Source of the DNA: Thermoleophilia bacterium
GTDB taxonomy: Bacteria; Actinomycetota; Thermoleophilia; UBA2241
Direction of reading: 5' to 3'
Length of the DNA stretch: 64,000 nt
Assembly: GCA_035686425.1 (NCBI GenBank)
Contig: DASRZL010000126.1
Span: 1,712-65,711 of the forward strand
Position numbers and translations under genes: made by a program
The notes under the pieces: model-generated
What the model was told of the DNA's origin: nothing
The model's database searches: none
Seen by the model: only the letters and a program-made list of their open reading frames with translations
Shown: positions 10,097 to 19,466 of the stretch, piece by piece
How positions within the stretch are numbered: position 1 is the first letter of the stretch
Layout of the letters: each line of letters starts with the position of its first letter

Positions 10097-11184
10097 GCAC
10101 GCCCTTGGAGTCCATGCCCTCCAAAGGTATCCCGGCGTTCCGCATCGCGCGGTCGGCGCCGATGCACCGCTACGTGCTCATCGTGTTCCTGGCGGTCGTC
10201 GCCGTGCTCGCCAGTGTGCCCTTCTGGGCGCAGACCGGCACGATCCGGACCTTGGTGACCTTCTTCACCCTGCTGGCCCTCGCCCAGATGTGGAACCTGC
10301 TCGGCGGCTACGCCGGCCTCATCTCCGTAGGCCAGCAGGCCTACGTCGGCCTCGGCGCCTACGGCGTGTGGCTGATCGCCGACATCCTGGGCCTCCACCC
10401 CTTCATCGCGGTGCCACTCGCCGGCGTACTGGCGGCGGTCGTCGCGCTGCCGGTCGGCCCGCTGCTGTTCCGCCTCAAAGGCGGCTACTTCGCCATCGGC
10501 ACGTGGGTCGTGGCTGAGGTCGTGCGGCTGATCGTCGCCAACATCCAGGCGACGGGCGGAGGCTCCGGCAAGACCATCCTGTCGGCCGCCCGCCTGCCCA
10601 TCGACACGCGCATCCAGGGCACGTACTTCCTGGGGCTGGGCGTCGCCGTCGGCTCCATCCTCCTGGTGTACTTCCTCCTGCGCTCGCGCGTAGGCTTGGC
10701 CCTCACGGCCATCCGGGACAACGACCTGGCCGCGCAGAGCTCCGGCGTGAACGTGTTCCGATCCAAGCTGCTCGTCTACGTGATCGCGGCCTTCGGCTGC
10801 GGCGCCATGGGCGCCGTCGTCGCCCTGAACCTGCTCCGCATCCAGCCGACGGCCGCGTTCAGCATCAACTGGACGGCGTACGCGCTGTTCATCGTGGTCA
10901 TCGGCGGCTTCGGCACGATCGAGGGTCCGATCATCGGCTCGGTCATCTACTTCGCGCTCCTGCAGAACCTGAGTCAGTACGGCACGTCGTACCTGCTCCT
11001 GCTCGGCGTGATCGCTGTGATCATGGCGGCGAAGGCGCCGCGCGGCATCTGGGGCTTCGTCGCGAAGCGCTGGAACATCCACCTGTTCCCGGTCCGGCGC
11101 CGGCTTGTGTTGGAGGCGCCACCCCCGGGTGACGACGGTGGGCCGGCAGACGCGTCGGATCCGCCCCTCGCGGAGCCCGCCTGA
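10093..11184 (+). CDS. Branched-chain amino acid ABC transporter permease (LivM-like)
   Basis: Hydrophobic 363-aa protein, overlaps LivH-like stop; completes SBP-ATPase-ATPase-permease-permease operon. Confidence 0.8.
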   Translation: MSTPLESMPSKGIPAFRIARSAPMHRYVLIVFLAVVAVLASVPFWAQTGTIRTLVTFFTLLALAQMWNLLGGYAGLISVGQQAYVGLGAYGVWLIADILGLHPFIAVPLAGVLAAVVALPVGPLLFRLKGGYFAIGTWVVAEVVRLIVANIQATGGGSGKTILSAARLPIDTRIQGTYFLGLGVAVGSILLVYFLLRSRVGLALTAIRDNDLAAQSSGVNVFRSKLLVYVIAAFGCGAMGAVVALNLLRIQPTAAFSINWTAYALFIVVIGGFGTIEGPIIGSVIYFALLQNLSQYGTSYLLLLGVIAVIMAAKAPRGIWGFVAKRWNIHLFPVRRRLVLEAPPPGDDGGPADASDPPLAEPA

Positions 11185-11364
11185 CGACGGCGCGTGTGAG
11201 GTCCTGAGGCCCGCGCCGCCGGCGCGGCGTCCGGGGCGCGGGGATGACGCGCCGGCTGGCCGGCGCCACATGATGCGGCTCTTCTGAGCCGCCCGCGGTG
11301 AGACCGCGGACCCTCGCCTCGGGGCCGGGGCCGGGGCCGGGAAGCACGACGATGGAGGAGACTC

Positions 11365-12144
11365 GTGATCGAGACCGATCGCGACGTGGAGAAGGAACAA
11401 CGCAACGGCGTCCAGGTGCTCGCCCGGGCCGCCACGATCCTGCGGCTGCTGGCGGCCGACTCGTCGGGAGGTTTGACCTTCAGCGAGCTGGTCGCACGGT
11501 CCGGTCTGCCACGGACCACGGTCCACCGCATTCGCGGCGCCCTCGAGCACGAGGACTTCATCTACACCGACGCCGCCACCGGCCGTCTTCACCTGGGACC
11601 CGGCATCATGCGCCTCGCCATGGCCAAGCGCGATCTGCCGACGGTCGTGCGGCCGTACCTCGAGCAGCTGGCGCGCGAGCTCAACGAGACCGTCGATCTT
11701 GGAGTGCTGGACGGCATGCACGTGCTCTTCATCGCCCAGCATCCGGCGCCACAGCGCTCGCTCATGGTGGTCTCGCGCGTCGGCGCCCGCTTCCCGGCGT
11801 ACTGCACGGCCAACGGCAAGGCGCTGCTCGCCCAGCTCCCCCAGGACGAGATCAAGCCCCGGCTTCCCCAGCGACTGGAGACGCCGGCGCAGCACACACC
11901 CATCAGCCGCAAGGCGCTCCTGGCCGAGCTGGAGGAGGTGCGCGACAGCGGGCTCGCCTACGACTGCGAGGAGCATCGCACCGGCATCTGCAGCGTCGGC
12001 GTGGCCATCACCGACATCGATGGGAGCTCCGCAGCCATCTCCGTACCGATGCCTGCGGCCCGCTTCCACGAGGACCCGGACACCGTCGCCGCGGCGCTGC
12101 TGCGCGTCCGCGACGAGGTCCAGATCGCCCTCCACAACGGCTGA
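11365..12144 (+). CDS. IclR family transcriptional regulator (second paralog)
   Basis: GVQVLARAATILRLLA...GLPRTTVHRI wHTH plus IclR effector domain; clearly paralogous to the 2715..3443 product. Confidence 0.8.
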   Translation: MIETDRDVEKEQRNGVQVLARAATILRLLAADSSGGLTFSELVARSGLPRTTVHRIRGALEHEDFIYTDAATGRLHLGPGIMRLAMAKRDLPTVVRPYLEQLARELNETVDLGVLDGMHVLFIAQHPAPQRSLMVVSRVGARFPAYCTANGKALLAQLPQDEIKPRLPQRLETPAQHTPISRKALLAELEEVRDSGLAYDCEEHRTGICSVGVAITDIDGSSAAISVPMPAARFHEDPDTVAAALLRVRDEVQIALHNG

Positions 12145-12314
12145 TCTGCGGGCGACGCACGGCGCTGCCGGGTACGTCGGGGACGCCGCATCCCGACCTT
12201 CCGTCGTCGCCGTTGTCGCCAGTCCGCGCCGCGGCAACACGGCGACGCTTGCCGACGGTGCGCTGCTCGCGGAGGCCCGTCGCCTCGGCGGCGAGCTCGC
12301 CGCGGCCCTGGGCC

Positions 12315-12926
12315 TCAGCCGGGCCTGATCACCCGCGTCTCGGTGACGATCGCCGTCACCGGAAGGTCATGCGTCTCGCACACGATCCGGGGCATCAGTT
12401 GCGTCTCGAACGCGAGGGCGACCCAGGGCGTGCCCGGGCGGGTGAGCCGAAGGTAGGTGTCGTAGAAGCCGCCGCCGTAGCCGCAGCGGCCTCCCTCCTC
12501 ATCGAACGCCGAACCCGGTACGAACACGATGTCCATCTCCTCCGGAGGGATCTCGAGCAGCCCCTCTCGCGGCTCGGGGATGCCCCAGGTCCCGGCGACG
12601 AGGTCCGAGGCCGGATCGGTGACGCGGAACGCCTCCATCGTCCGGGCGCTGCGGATGCGCGGCAGGCAGAGCGTCTTGCCGGCCGCGAGCACCCGCTCCG
12701 CGAGCGGCGCGGTGTCGAGCTCGGTGCGGAACGAGGCGAACGACATGACGGTACCGGCGGCGGCCAGCTCGGGGAGGCTGGCGGCGCGGGCGCACACGGC
12801 CGCGCTGAGGCGTTCGCGCTCCGCCGCGGGCAGGGCGGCACGAGCGTCGAGGCCGCAGCGGCGTGCCTCCGTCTTGAGGAGGCCCTCGCCGTCTTCGTCG
12901 GGTCGTTGTTCTCGTTCTGGCGTCAT
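12315..12926 (-). CDS. 5-formyltetrahydrofolate cyclo-ligase
   Basis: MTHFS family motifs (GxGYYD-like GGGFYDTYL near the C-terminus); start taken at internal ATG (MTPEREQ). Confidence 0.7.
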   Translation of the reverse strand: MTPEREQRPDEDGEGLLKTEARRCGLDARAALPAAERERLSAAVCARAASLPELAAAGTVMSFASFRTELDTAPLAERVLAAGKTLCLPRIRSARTMEAFRVTDPASDLVAGTWGIPEPREGLLEIPPEEMDIVFVPGSAFDEEGGRCGYGGGFYDTYLRLTRPGTPWVALAFETQLMPRIVCETHDLPVTAIVTETRVIRPG

Positions 12927-13040
12927 GCTGGCCCTTCCGGCGTACACTGGGCTGGTTACGCTTCACGGGCGCCGGGGCGCGATGGTATGTCTGGGCGCCG
13001 CCTCCGTGGCCTATAGTATAGGCAGAGTCGCCCTGCGGGC

Positions 13041-14282
13041 ATGCGGGCTGCTCGACGAGACATCGTGGCCGCTGCGGACCCTGGCGTCTTCGTGGCCACC
13101 GAGAGGATGAGCATGGGGCTGCGCTCACAGGAAGAAGTGTCTCTGGCTACCGTCTTCGCGCGTACGCTGCGGAGCGTCATCGCGTTGACCACGTCCGAGG
13201 AGAAGCGAGTCTGGCCGGCCGCCGGCGAGGTGCTGGCGACGACGCCGGCCGACGCCGTGGCGCCGGCGTCGCTCGTCCGCCTGCTGCAGTTCTCGATCCT
13301 CCCCGAGATCCTCGGCGAGAGCGCCGGGCCCGCCATCTACCTCGCCAGCAAGCGCTGCAGCCGCGACCTCGGCATCACCTCCATCCAGGGGCTCAAGGAC
13401 TGGTTCGCGGAGATGAAGCTGGGCGAACTCGAGGTCGAGGTCGACGAGGAGCGCGTCCTGGTCAAGCTCAGTCACTGCCTCAGCTGCGAACGGCTGCCGG
13501 CCACGGGCACCGCGGTGTGCGACGTCGAGCGCGGCATCATCGACGGCGTGCTCCAGGAGATCACCGGCACGGAGGTCCTCACCAAGGAGACCATGTGCTG
13601 GGGGCTGGGCGATACCGTGTGCCAGTTCGAGGGCTACGCCGGTCAGCAGGCCGGCTATCTCTACCAGGAGAACGGCTTCAACCCGGATGCGCAGCGCCGG
13701 CTGCTCGCGCACCTGGCCGACCAGGCGGACGTCGCGCTCGACAACCTGCGCCTGCTCCACGAGCGTCGCGAGCACGAGACGCACGACCCGCTGACCGGCC
13801 TCATGAACTTCCGGCAGCTGCGCGAGCGGGCCGCGTTCGAGCTGGCGAGGGCCGAGCGCTACGGGCGCAACGTCGCGTTCGTGATGATCGATCTCGACGA
13901 CTTTGCCGTGGTCAACGAAAGCGCCGGACGCGAAGCCGGCGACGAGGTGCTGCGGCACTGGGCGGCAGCCATCACCGCGCAGCTGCGCAGCTGCGATCTG
14001 GTCTGCCGCTACGGCGCCGACGAGTTCCTCCTGGTTCTTCCGGAGACCGCCGACCAGGAGGCTGACGCCATTCTCGGGCGCGTGCTCGGGACCATGCAGC
14101 AGCTGGCCGTCGAGACCGGTGGCCGCGCCATCGCCCTCACCGCCTCCGCCGGCGTCGCGAGCTTCCCGGCCGACGGGCTCACGGCCGAGGAGATCGTCGC
14201 CAAGGCCGCGACGACGATGTACACGGCCCGGAGCGGGGGGCCGGGCCGTGTCGCCTTCTACTCCGGTCCGCCCCGCTCCTGA
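13041..14282 (+). CDS. Diguanylate cyclase (GGDEF domain) with N-terminal cysteine-rich V4R-like sensor domain
   Basis: C-terminal GGDEF domain (RYGADEFLLVL with an active-site-like GADEF motif); N-terminal domain carries conserved Cys (CLSC...C...C) resembling V4R; start could be ATG 13107. Confidence 0.7.
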   Translation: MRAARRDIVAAADPGVFVATERMSMGLRSQEEVSLATVFARTLRSVIALTTSEEKRVWPAAGEVLATTPADAVAPASLVRLLQFSILPEILGESAGPAIYLASKRCSRDLGITSIQGLKDWFAEMKLGELEVEVDEERVLVKLSHCLSCERLPATGTAVCDVERGIIDGVLQEITGTEVLTKETMCWGLGDTVCQFEGYAGQQAGYLYQENGFNPDAQRRLLAHLADQADVALDNLRLLHERREHETHDPLTGLMNFRQLRERAAFELARAERYGRNVAFVMIDLDDFAVVNESAGREAGDEVLRHWAAAITAQLRSCDLVCRYGADEFLLVLPETADQEADAILGRVLGTMQQLAVETGGRAIALTASAGVASFPADGLTAEEIVAKAATTMYTARSGGPGRVAFYSGPPRS

Positions 14283-14292
14283 GCCGGCGCAC

Positions 14293-14757
14293 GTGGCGGC
14301 GCGCGTCGAGCTCCTCGTCGTAGGGTCATTGCACCGCGACCTCGCCCCTGCCGCACGCCACTACATCGAACTCCTGAGGCCGCACATGACGATCACCGTG
14401 CGCGAGGTCAAGGAGGTGGCCCTGCGCGGGCGCAGCGAGGCCGAGGTGCTGCGCGACGAGGGGAGGCGCCTGCTCGCGGCGTGGCCGCAGGCGCCGGTGG
14501 TGTCCGCGCTCGTCGTCGAGGGCGCCGCGCTGGACACCGAGGCCTTCGCCGCCAGGCTTCAGCGGTCGTTCGAGCGGGGCGGCGCCGCCTTCGTGATCGG
14601 CGGGTCGCTCGGCTTGGCATCTGAGGTCCGCGTGCGAGCCACGGACGCCCTTTCTCTCTCGGCCATGACTCTGCCGCATCAGCTTGCCCGCGTCGTGTTG
14701 CTCGAGCAGCTCTTCCGCGCCGGCAAGATCCTGCGCGGCGAGCCGTATCACCACTGA
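14293..14757 (+). CDS. rlmH: 23S rRNA (pseudouridine1915-N3)-methyltransferase RlmH
   Basis: SPOUT/YbeA family: about 155 aa, C-terminal MTLPHQLARVVLLEQLFRA knot region. Confidence 0.75.
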   Translation: MAARVELLVVGSLHRDLAPAARHYIELLRPHMTITVREVKEVALRGRSEAEVLRDEGRRLLAAWPQAPVVSALVVEGAALDTEAFAARLQRSFERGGAAFVIGGSLGLASEVRVRATDALSLSAMTLPHQLARVVLLEQLFRAGKILRGEPYHH

Positions 14758-14864
14758 GGCTGCGCCTCCGGCCCTCGACCGGCACTGTCGCAAGGCGTCG
14801 CCCGGGCGGATAGAATCACCCGGCGCCGGCCGCCCGGCCGGCGCCGGCGACCCCATGGTGGACG

Positions 14865-16607
14865 ATGAGCGACGATCTCTACGACCTGAACGGACTGGCG
14901 GCCTCGCTCCAGGGCGCGCTCGACGAGGAGCTGGCGGCCGCTGGAGCACCCGTGGGAGCGGCGCCGGCCGTCGAGCTTGCCTTGTCGGCACGCCCCGAGC
15001 ACGGCGACGTCACGACCAATGCGGCGCTCGTGAGCGCCAAGAAGTCCGGCCGCGCGCCGCGGGAGCTGGCCGAGGCGGTCGGCGCACGGTGGCTCGCGGG
15101 CCCCGGGGCCGGCGTCTGCGACCGCTTCGAGGTCGCCGGGCCCGGCTTCCTGAATCTCTTCTTGACAGACTCCTGGTACCGCGGCGCCCTGGACCGGCTG
15201 CTCGCCGAGGGCGGCGACTACGGTCGCGGCTCCCTGCCGGCCGGCGCCCGGCAGAGGATGAACGTGGAGTTCGTCAGCGTCAATCCCACCGGCCCCCTTC
15301 ATGTCGGGCACGCGCGCTACGCCTCCTACGGCGATGCGCTGTGCCGCATCCTCGCCTTCGTCGGTCACGACGTCACCCGCGAGTTCTACGTCAACGACTA
15401 CGGCACGCAGATGACCCGCTTCGGACAGTCGCTCGCCGCCCGCTATGGTGAGCGGCTCGGCCTCGACGTGCCCGTCCCCGAGGAGGGGTATCAGGGTGAC
15501 TACCTGCTCGATCTCGCCGACGAGCTCATCGCCGCGGTCGGCAACCGCCACCGCGAGGCGATCGCCGCGGTGGCGCCGGACGTGACGGCGCTGCCGGACG
15601 ACCTCCTCGGCGAGATCAAGCTCTGGGGACGTGACGCGATCCTCGCCCAGTTCCGCGTGACCCTCGAGGGCCTGCGCGTGCCGTTCGACGTCTGGACGTC
15701 GGAGAGCAGTCTCTACGAGGGCGACGGCGAGCACCGCGGGTTCGGTGGGGAGGTCGGCAAGTCCCTCGCAGACCTGGACGGCGAGCAGCTCCTCTACGAC
15801 GAGGGAGGCGCCGCGTGGCTCGCGACGACCCGGTACGGCGACGACAAGGACCGGGTCCTCATCCGCCAGACCGGAGACCCCACCTACTTCCTCAGCGACA
15901 TCGCCTATCACCGCGACAAGATGGACCGCGGCTTCGAGCACATGATCGACATCTGGGGGGCGGACCACCACGGGTACGTGCCGCGCATGAAGGCCGCCTT
16001 CACGGCGCTGCCGCCGCACGACCCGGACAAGCTCGAGCTCATCATCGGCCAGCTCGTGAGCCTGCTCGAGAGCGGAGAGGCGCGGCGGATGAGCAAGCGT
16101 CGCGGCGATATCGTGACCGTGGACGACCTCATCGACGCGATCGGCGTCGATGCGGCCCGCTTCCTGCTGGTCGGCCGCTCACACGACACCACGCTGGAGC
16201 TCGACATCGACCTCGCGGTGCAGCAGAACAACCAGAACCCCGTGTACTACGTGCAGTACGCGCACGCGCGCATCTGCAGCATCCTGCGCAACCTTCCGGG
16301 TGAGGGACGGCCGGCCGGCGGAGCCGTCCCGGCCGTGACGCTGGACCCGCACGAGCGCGCCCTGCTGCGCGCCCTGGCGCGTTTCCCCGACATCCTGGTC
16401 AACGCGGCCGAGCAGCGCGCGCCGCACCGGGTGCACGGCTATCTGGGGGAGCTGGCCGCGGAGTTCCACGTCTTCTACCGCCACTGCCGCGTGCTCAGCG
16501 ACGACGCGGACGTGACCGCATTCCGGTCGGCTCTCTGCGCGGCAGTACGGTCCACGCTCGCCGCCGGGCTCGGCCTGCTCGGCGTCGGCGCGCCGGAATC
16601 GATGTGA
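14865..16607 (+). CDS. argS: Arginine--tRNA ligase
   Basis: 580 aa; class I HIGH-region (NPTGPLHVGHAR), Arg-tRNA synthetase N-domain, anticodon-binding DALR C-terminus. Confidence 0.9.
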   Translation: MSDDLYDLNGLAASLQGALDEELAAAGAPVGAAPAVELALSARPEHGDVTTNAALVSAKKSGRAPRELAEAVGARWLAGPGAGVCDRFEVAGPGFLNLFLTDSWYRGALDRLLAEGGDYGRGSLPAGARQRMNVEFVSVNPTGPLHVGHARYASYGDALCRILAFVGHDVTREFYVNDYGTQMTRFGQSLAARYGERLGLDVPVPEEGYQGDYLLDLADELIAAVGNRHREAIAAVAPDVTALPDDLLGEIKLWGRDAILAQFRVTLEGLRVPFDVWTSESSLYEGDGEHRGFGGEVGKSLADLDGEQLLYDEGGAAWLATTRYGDDKDRVLIRQTGDPTYFLSDIAYHRDKMDRGFEHMIDIWGADHHGYVPRMKAAFTALPPHDPDKLELIIGQLVSLLESGEARRMSKRRGDIVTVDDLIDAIGVDAARFLLVGRSHDTTLELDIDLAVQQNNQNPVYYVQYAHARICSILRNLPGEGRPAGGAVPAVTLDPHERALLRALARFPDILVNAAEQRAPHRVHGYLGELAAEFHVFYRHCRVLSDDADVTAFRSALCAAVRSTLAAGLGLLGVGAPESM

Positions 16608-16647
16608 CCCGGGCCGGCGTGGGTCCGTGCCCGCCGGCCCGCCAGCT

Positions 16648-17067
16648 TCAGCCGCCGTACTCCCGGCGTGCCCAGGCGCGGAGTTCGTCGGTCTGCTCGG
16701 GCGTCAGGTCCTCCTCGAGCCCGAGCAGCATCGCGACGGCGACGCCGGTCTGATCGTTGATGAGCTTGTGCACCACGCTCTCGAGGACCGTCTGTCCGAC
16801 TTCACGCCCCGGAATGGCGGGCGTGTACACGTAGGCGATCCCACTCTTGTCCTGGTCGAGCAGGTGCTTCTTGACCAGGTTGTTCATCACGGTCATCACG
16901 GTGGTGTAGGCGATCGTGCGCCGCTCGCGCAAGGTCTCGTACACCGCCCGGACCGTGGTCCGGTCCTTCTCCCAGACGACGGCCAGGATGTCCGCCTCGA
17001 GAGATCCGATGCCGGTGAAGGGCGCGCCCTTGGTACTGCGCAGCCACTTCGGTCTTGCCTCCTCCAT
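16648..17067 (-). CDS. BlaI/MecI/CopY family transcriptional repressor
   Basis: Winged-helix penicillinase-repressor fold (LEADILAVVW...TVRAVYETL...AYTTVMTVMNNLVKK); start at internal ATG MEEARP. Confidence 0.7.
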   Translation of the reverse strand: MEEARPKWLRSTKGAPFTGIGSLEADILAVVWEKDRTTVRAVYETLRERRTIAYTTVMTVMNNLVKKHLLDQDKSGIAYVYTPAIPGREVGQTVLESVVHKLINDQTGVAVAMLLGLEEDLTPEQTDELRAWARREYGG

Positions 17068-17228
17068 CACGACTCCCTCACACGCGCGGCTTGAACGTAC
17101 CCCCTCAGGAAAGCGCAGTACGTATGACATGCTACGTATTCCCCATCACTGCAAACTCACGCCCGCTTCGCCGTACAGTAGACTAACGGCCCAAGGTCGA
17201 CGGATGGCGCAGACAGAGGAGGGGGCGG

Positions 17229-18293
17229 GTGAGCGCAGAGGGACCAGGCTCGAGCGCCGACCTGGAGTTGCTCCGCGAGCTCTGCCTCACGCCCGGACCG
17301 ACCGGGTTCGAGGCGGCCGTGCAGGACGTCGTCCGCCGCCGGCTCGCGCCGCTCGGTAGCGCCGAGGGCGATCCGCTCGGCAACCTTTGGCTCCAGATCG
17401 GGCCCGCGGACGGACCGCTGGTCGCGATCGCCGCTCACGCCGACCAGATCGGCCTCATCGTCACGCACGTGGACGAGCGCGGCTACGTGTCCGTCGAGCG
17501 GATCGGCGGCGTGGCTCCGCTCCTCGTGCCGGGGCGCCATTTCGTGATCCACGGGCGCGACGGCGACGTGCACGCGGTGGGCGGGCGCAAGCCCACGCAT
17601 ATCATCCCCGTGGAGGACCGCGACAAGGCGCCCCAGCTTCACGAGCAGTTTCTCGACATCGGCGCCGGCGATCGCCCCGGCGCGCTCGCGCGGGTGGCCG
17701 TCGGCGATCCCGTCACCTTCACGCCCGACTTCATCGAGCTGTCGGCGGACGTGGTCGCCACACAGGCGCTCGACGACCGCGGCGGCGTCTACACCATGGT
17801 GCGCGCGCTCGAGCAGTACGCGGACGATCCGGGCGCGGCGCGGCTCATCGGCCTGGCGACCGTGCACGAGGAGACGACGTTCATGGGCGCCAAGGCGTTT
17901 GCCCTGCGGCTGCAGCCCGATGTGCTCATCGTGCTCGACGGCGACTTCTGCAGCGACACGCCGGCCGCGGACGCCAAGGAGCTGGCCGGCGAGGTCAAGC
18001 TCGGCGCCGGTCCCGTCCTCAGCCGCGGCGCCGGCAGCAGCGAGCGCCTTGTCGCGCTCGCCCGCGAGGTTGCCGCGGCGGAAGGACTCACCGTGCAGAT
18101 CAAGGCCTATCCGGGCGAGACCCAGACCGACGCCGACGAGCTCATGGCCGCCGGCACGGCGGCCACGCTCACGGTCGGCCTGCCCATGCGGTACATGCAC
18201 TCGCCGTTCGAGGTCGCGCACACCGGCGACCTCGAGGCGGCGGCGCGCCTGGCCGCTGCCCTGGCGCGCCGCATCGGCGAGGAGTCGCTCTGA
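17229..18293 (+). CDS. M42 family metallopeptidase (glutamyl aminopeptidase/FrvX-like)
   Basis: Conserved M42 motifs (AHADQIGLIV, DDRGGV, HEETT); GTG start. Confidence 0.8.
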   Translation: MSAEGPGSSADLELLRELCLTPGPTGFEAAVQDVVRRRLAPLGSAEGDPLGNLWLQIGPADGPLVAIAAHADQIGLIVTHVDERGYVSVERIGGVAPLLVPGRHFVIHGRDGDVHAVGGRKPTHIIPVEDRDKAPQLHEQFLDIGAGDRPGALARVAVGDPVTFTPDFIELSADVVATQALDDRGGVYTMVRALEQYADDPGAARLIGLATVHEETTFMGAKAFALRLQPDVLIVLDGDFCSDTPAADAKELAGEVKLGAGPVLSRGAGSSERLVALAREVAAAEGLTVQIKAYPGETQTDADELMAAGTAATLTVGLPMRYMHSPFEVAHTGDLEAAARLAAALARRIGEESL

Positions 18294-19108
18294 TGAAGCT
18301 CTTCATCGCCATCGATCTCGAGGGCATCTCCGGCGTCGTCTCCGAGGCGGACGCGGATCGAGAAGGCGCGGCGGCGCAGCGCGCCCGCGCCCACATGCGC
18401 GCCGACCTCGACGCCGTCCTCGAGGGCTGCGCCGCGAGCGGCGCCGGCGAGGTGGTCGTCTGCGATGCCCACGACGACGGGCGCAACCTCGACCCCACCG
18501 GTCTGGACGCGACCGTCACGCTGATGAGTGGTCCCTCCTCTCCGCTGAGCATGGTCGAGGGTCTCGCGCCGGACTGCGACGGCGCGCTCTTCGTCGGCTA
18601 TCACGCGCGCGCCGGCACCGCTGCGGCCGTGCTCGAGCACACGTGGAACTACAAGGTGTACACGGTCGCCGTCGGCGATCTGGAGATCGGCGAGTTCGGC
18701 GTCGCCGCCCTGCTCGCCGGCGAGTTCGGCGTGCCCGCCGTGTACGTGTCGGGCGACGACAAGACGGCCGCTGAGGCGCGCGCGCTCGTCCCCGGCATCG
18801 CTGCCACGGTGGTCAAGACCGGGGTGCGCCGTGAGGCCGCCGCGCTGTGCCCGCCCGCTGTGGCGCGGGCGCGGATGCGCGCCGACGTGGAGGCGGCGCT
18901 GCGGGCCGACCCGTGGCCGGCGCCACTCGTCTGGAACGGCCAGCCGCTTCGGCTGACGTTCACCCGCGTGCCGTTCTGCGATCTCGCCGAGGCCTGCCCC
19001 GGAACGACCAGGCTCGACGGGCGCACGCTGGAGATCGCCGGGACCTCGTTCGCCGAGGTGTACGCGGGATTCCTCGCCTGCCTGCGGCTCTCGGATCTCG
19101 AGGACTGA
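18293..19108 (+). CDS. D-aminopeptidase DppA (M55 family)
   Basis: MKLFIAIDLEGISGV N-terminus characteristic of DppA; 1-nt overlap (TGATG) with upstream peptidase. Confidence 0.75.
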   Translation: MKLFIAIDLEGISGVVSEADADREGAAAQRARAHMRADLDAVLEGCAASGAGEVVVCDAHDDGRNLDPTGLDATVTLMSGPSSPLSMVEGLAPDCDGALFVGYHARAGTAAAVLEHTWNYKVYTVAVGDLEIGEFGVAALLAGEFGVPAVYVSGDDKTAAEARALVPGIAATVVKTGVRREAAALCPPAVARARMRADVEAALRADPWPAPLVWNGQPLRLTFTRVPFCDLAEACPGTTRLDGRTLEIAGTSFAEVYAGFLACLRLSDLED

Positions 19109-19227
19109 CGCGGGCGCCGGCGGCCCTGAGTGCAGTTGCGGGGCCGCCCGTGCTGTGGTGAACTAGCCAACGCAGCACGAACTGGCGAGCGGGGCGCCGC
19201 AGGGGCACCGCTCACTGGCCCACGCGG

Positions 19228-19303
19228 GCGGATGTAGTGTAGTTGGTAACACGTCAGCTTCCCAAGCTGAAGATCGCGGGTTCGAGTCCCGTCATCCGCT
19301 CCA
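19228..19303 (+). tRNA. tRNA-Gly (anticodon CCC)
   Basis: Manual cloverleaf: acceptor GCGGATG/CATCCGC, D-stem GTGT/ACAC, anticodon stem TCAGC/GCTGA with loop TTCCCAA, T-arm GCGGG-TTCGAGT-CCCGT, encoded CCA. Confidence 0.85.
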
Positions 19304-19466
19304 ATCCTCTCCGCCGGTCTCACTCTCACAACCGCGTTCGTCGGCCGTCCTCCTGACCGATGTCAGGATTCCCTCAAGGCGATGGATAGGGTATCCTAAT
19401 AGGGAGCAGAGTCGGGCCTTCGCGCGAGGCGACCGCCACTCACCATCCGCCGATCGGAGACGAGCC

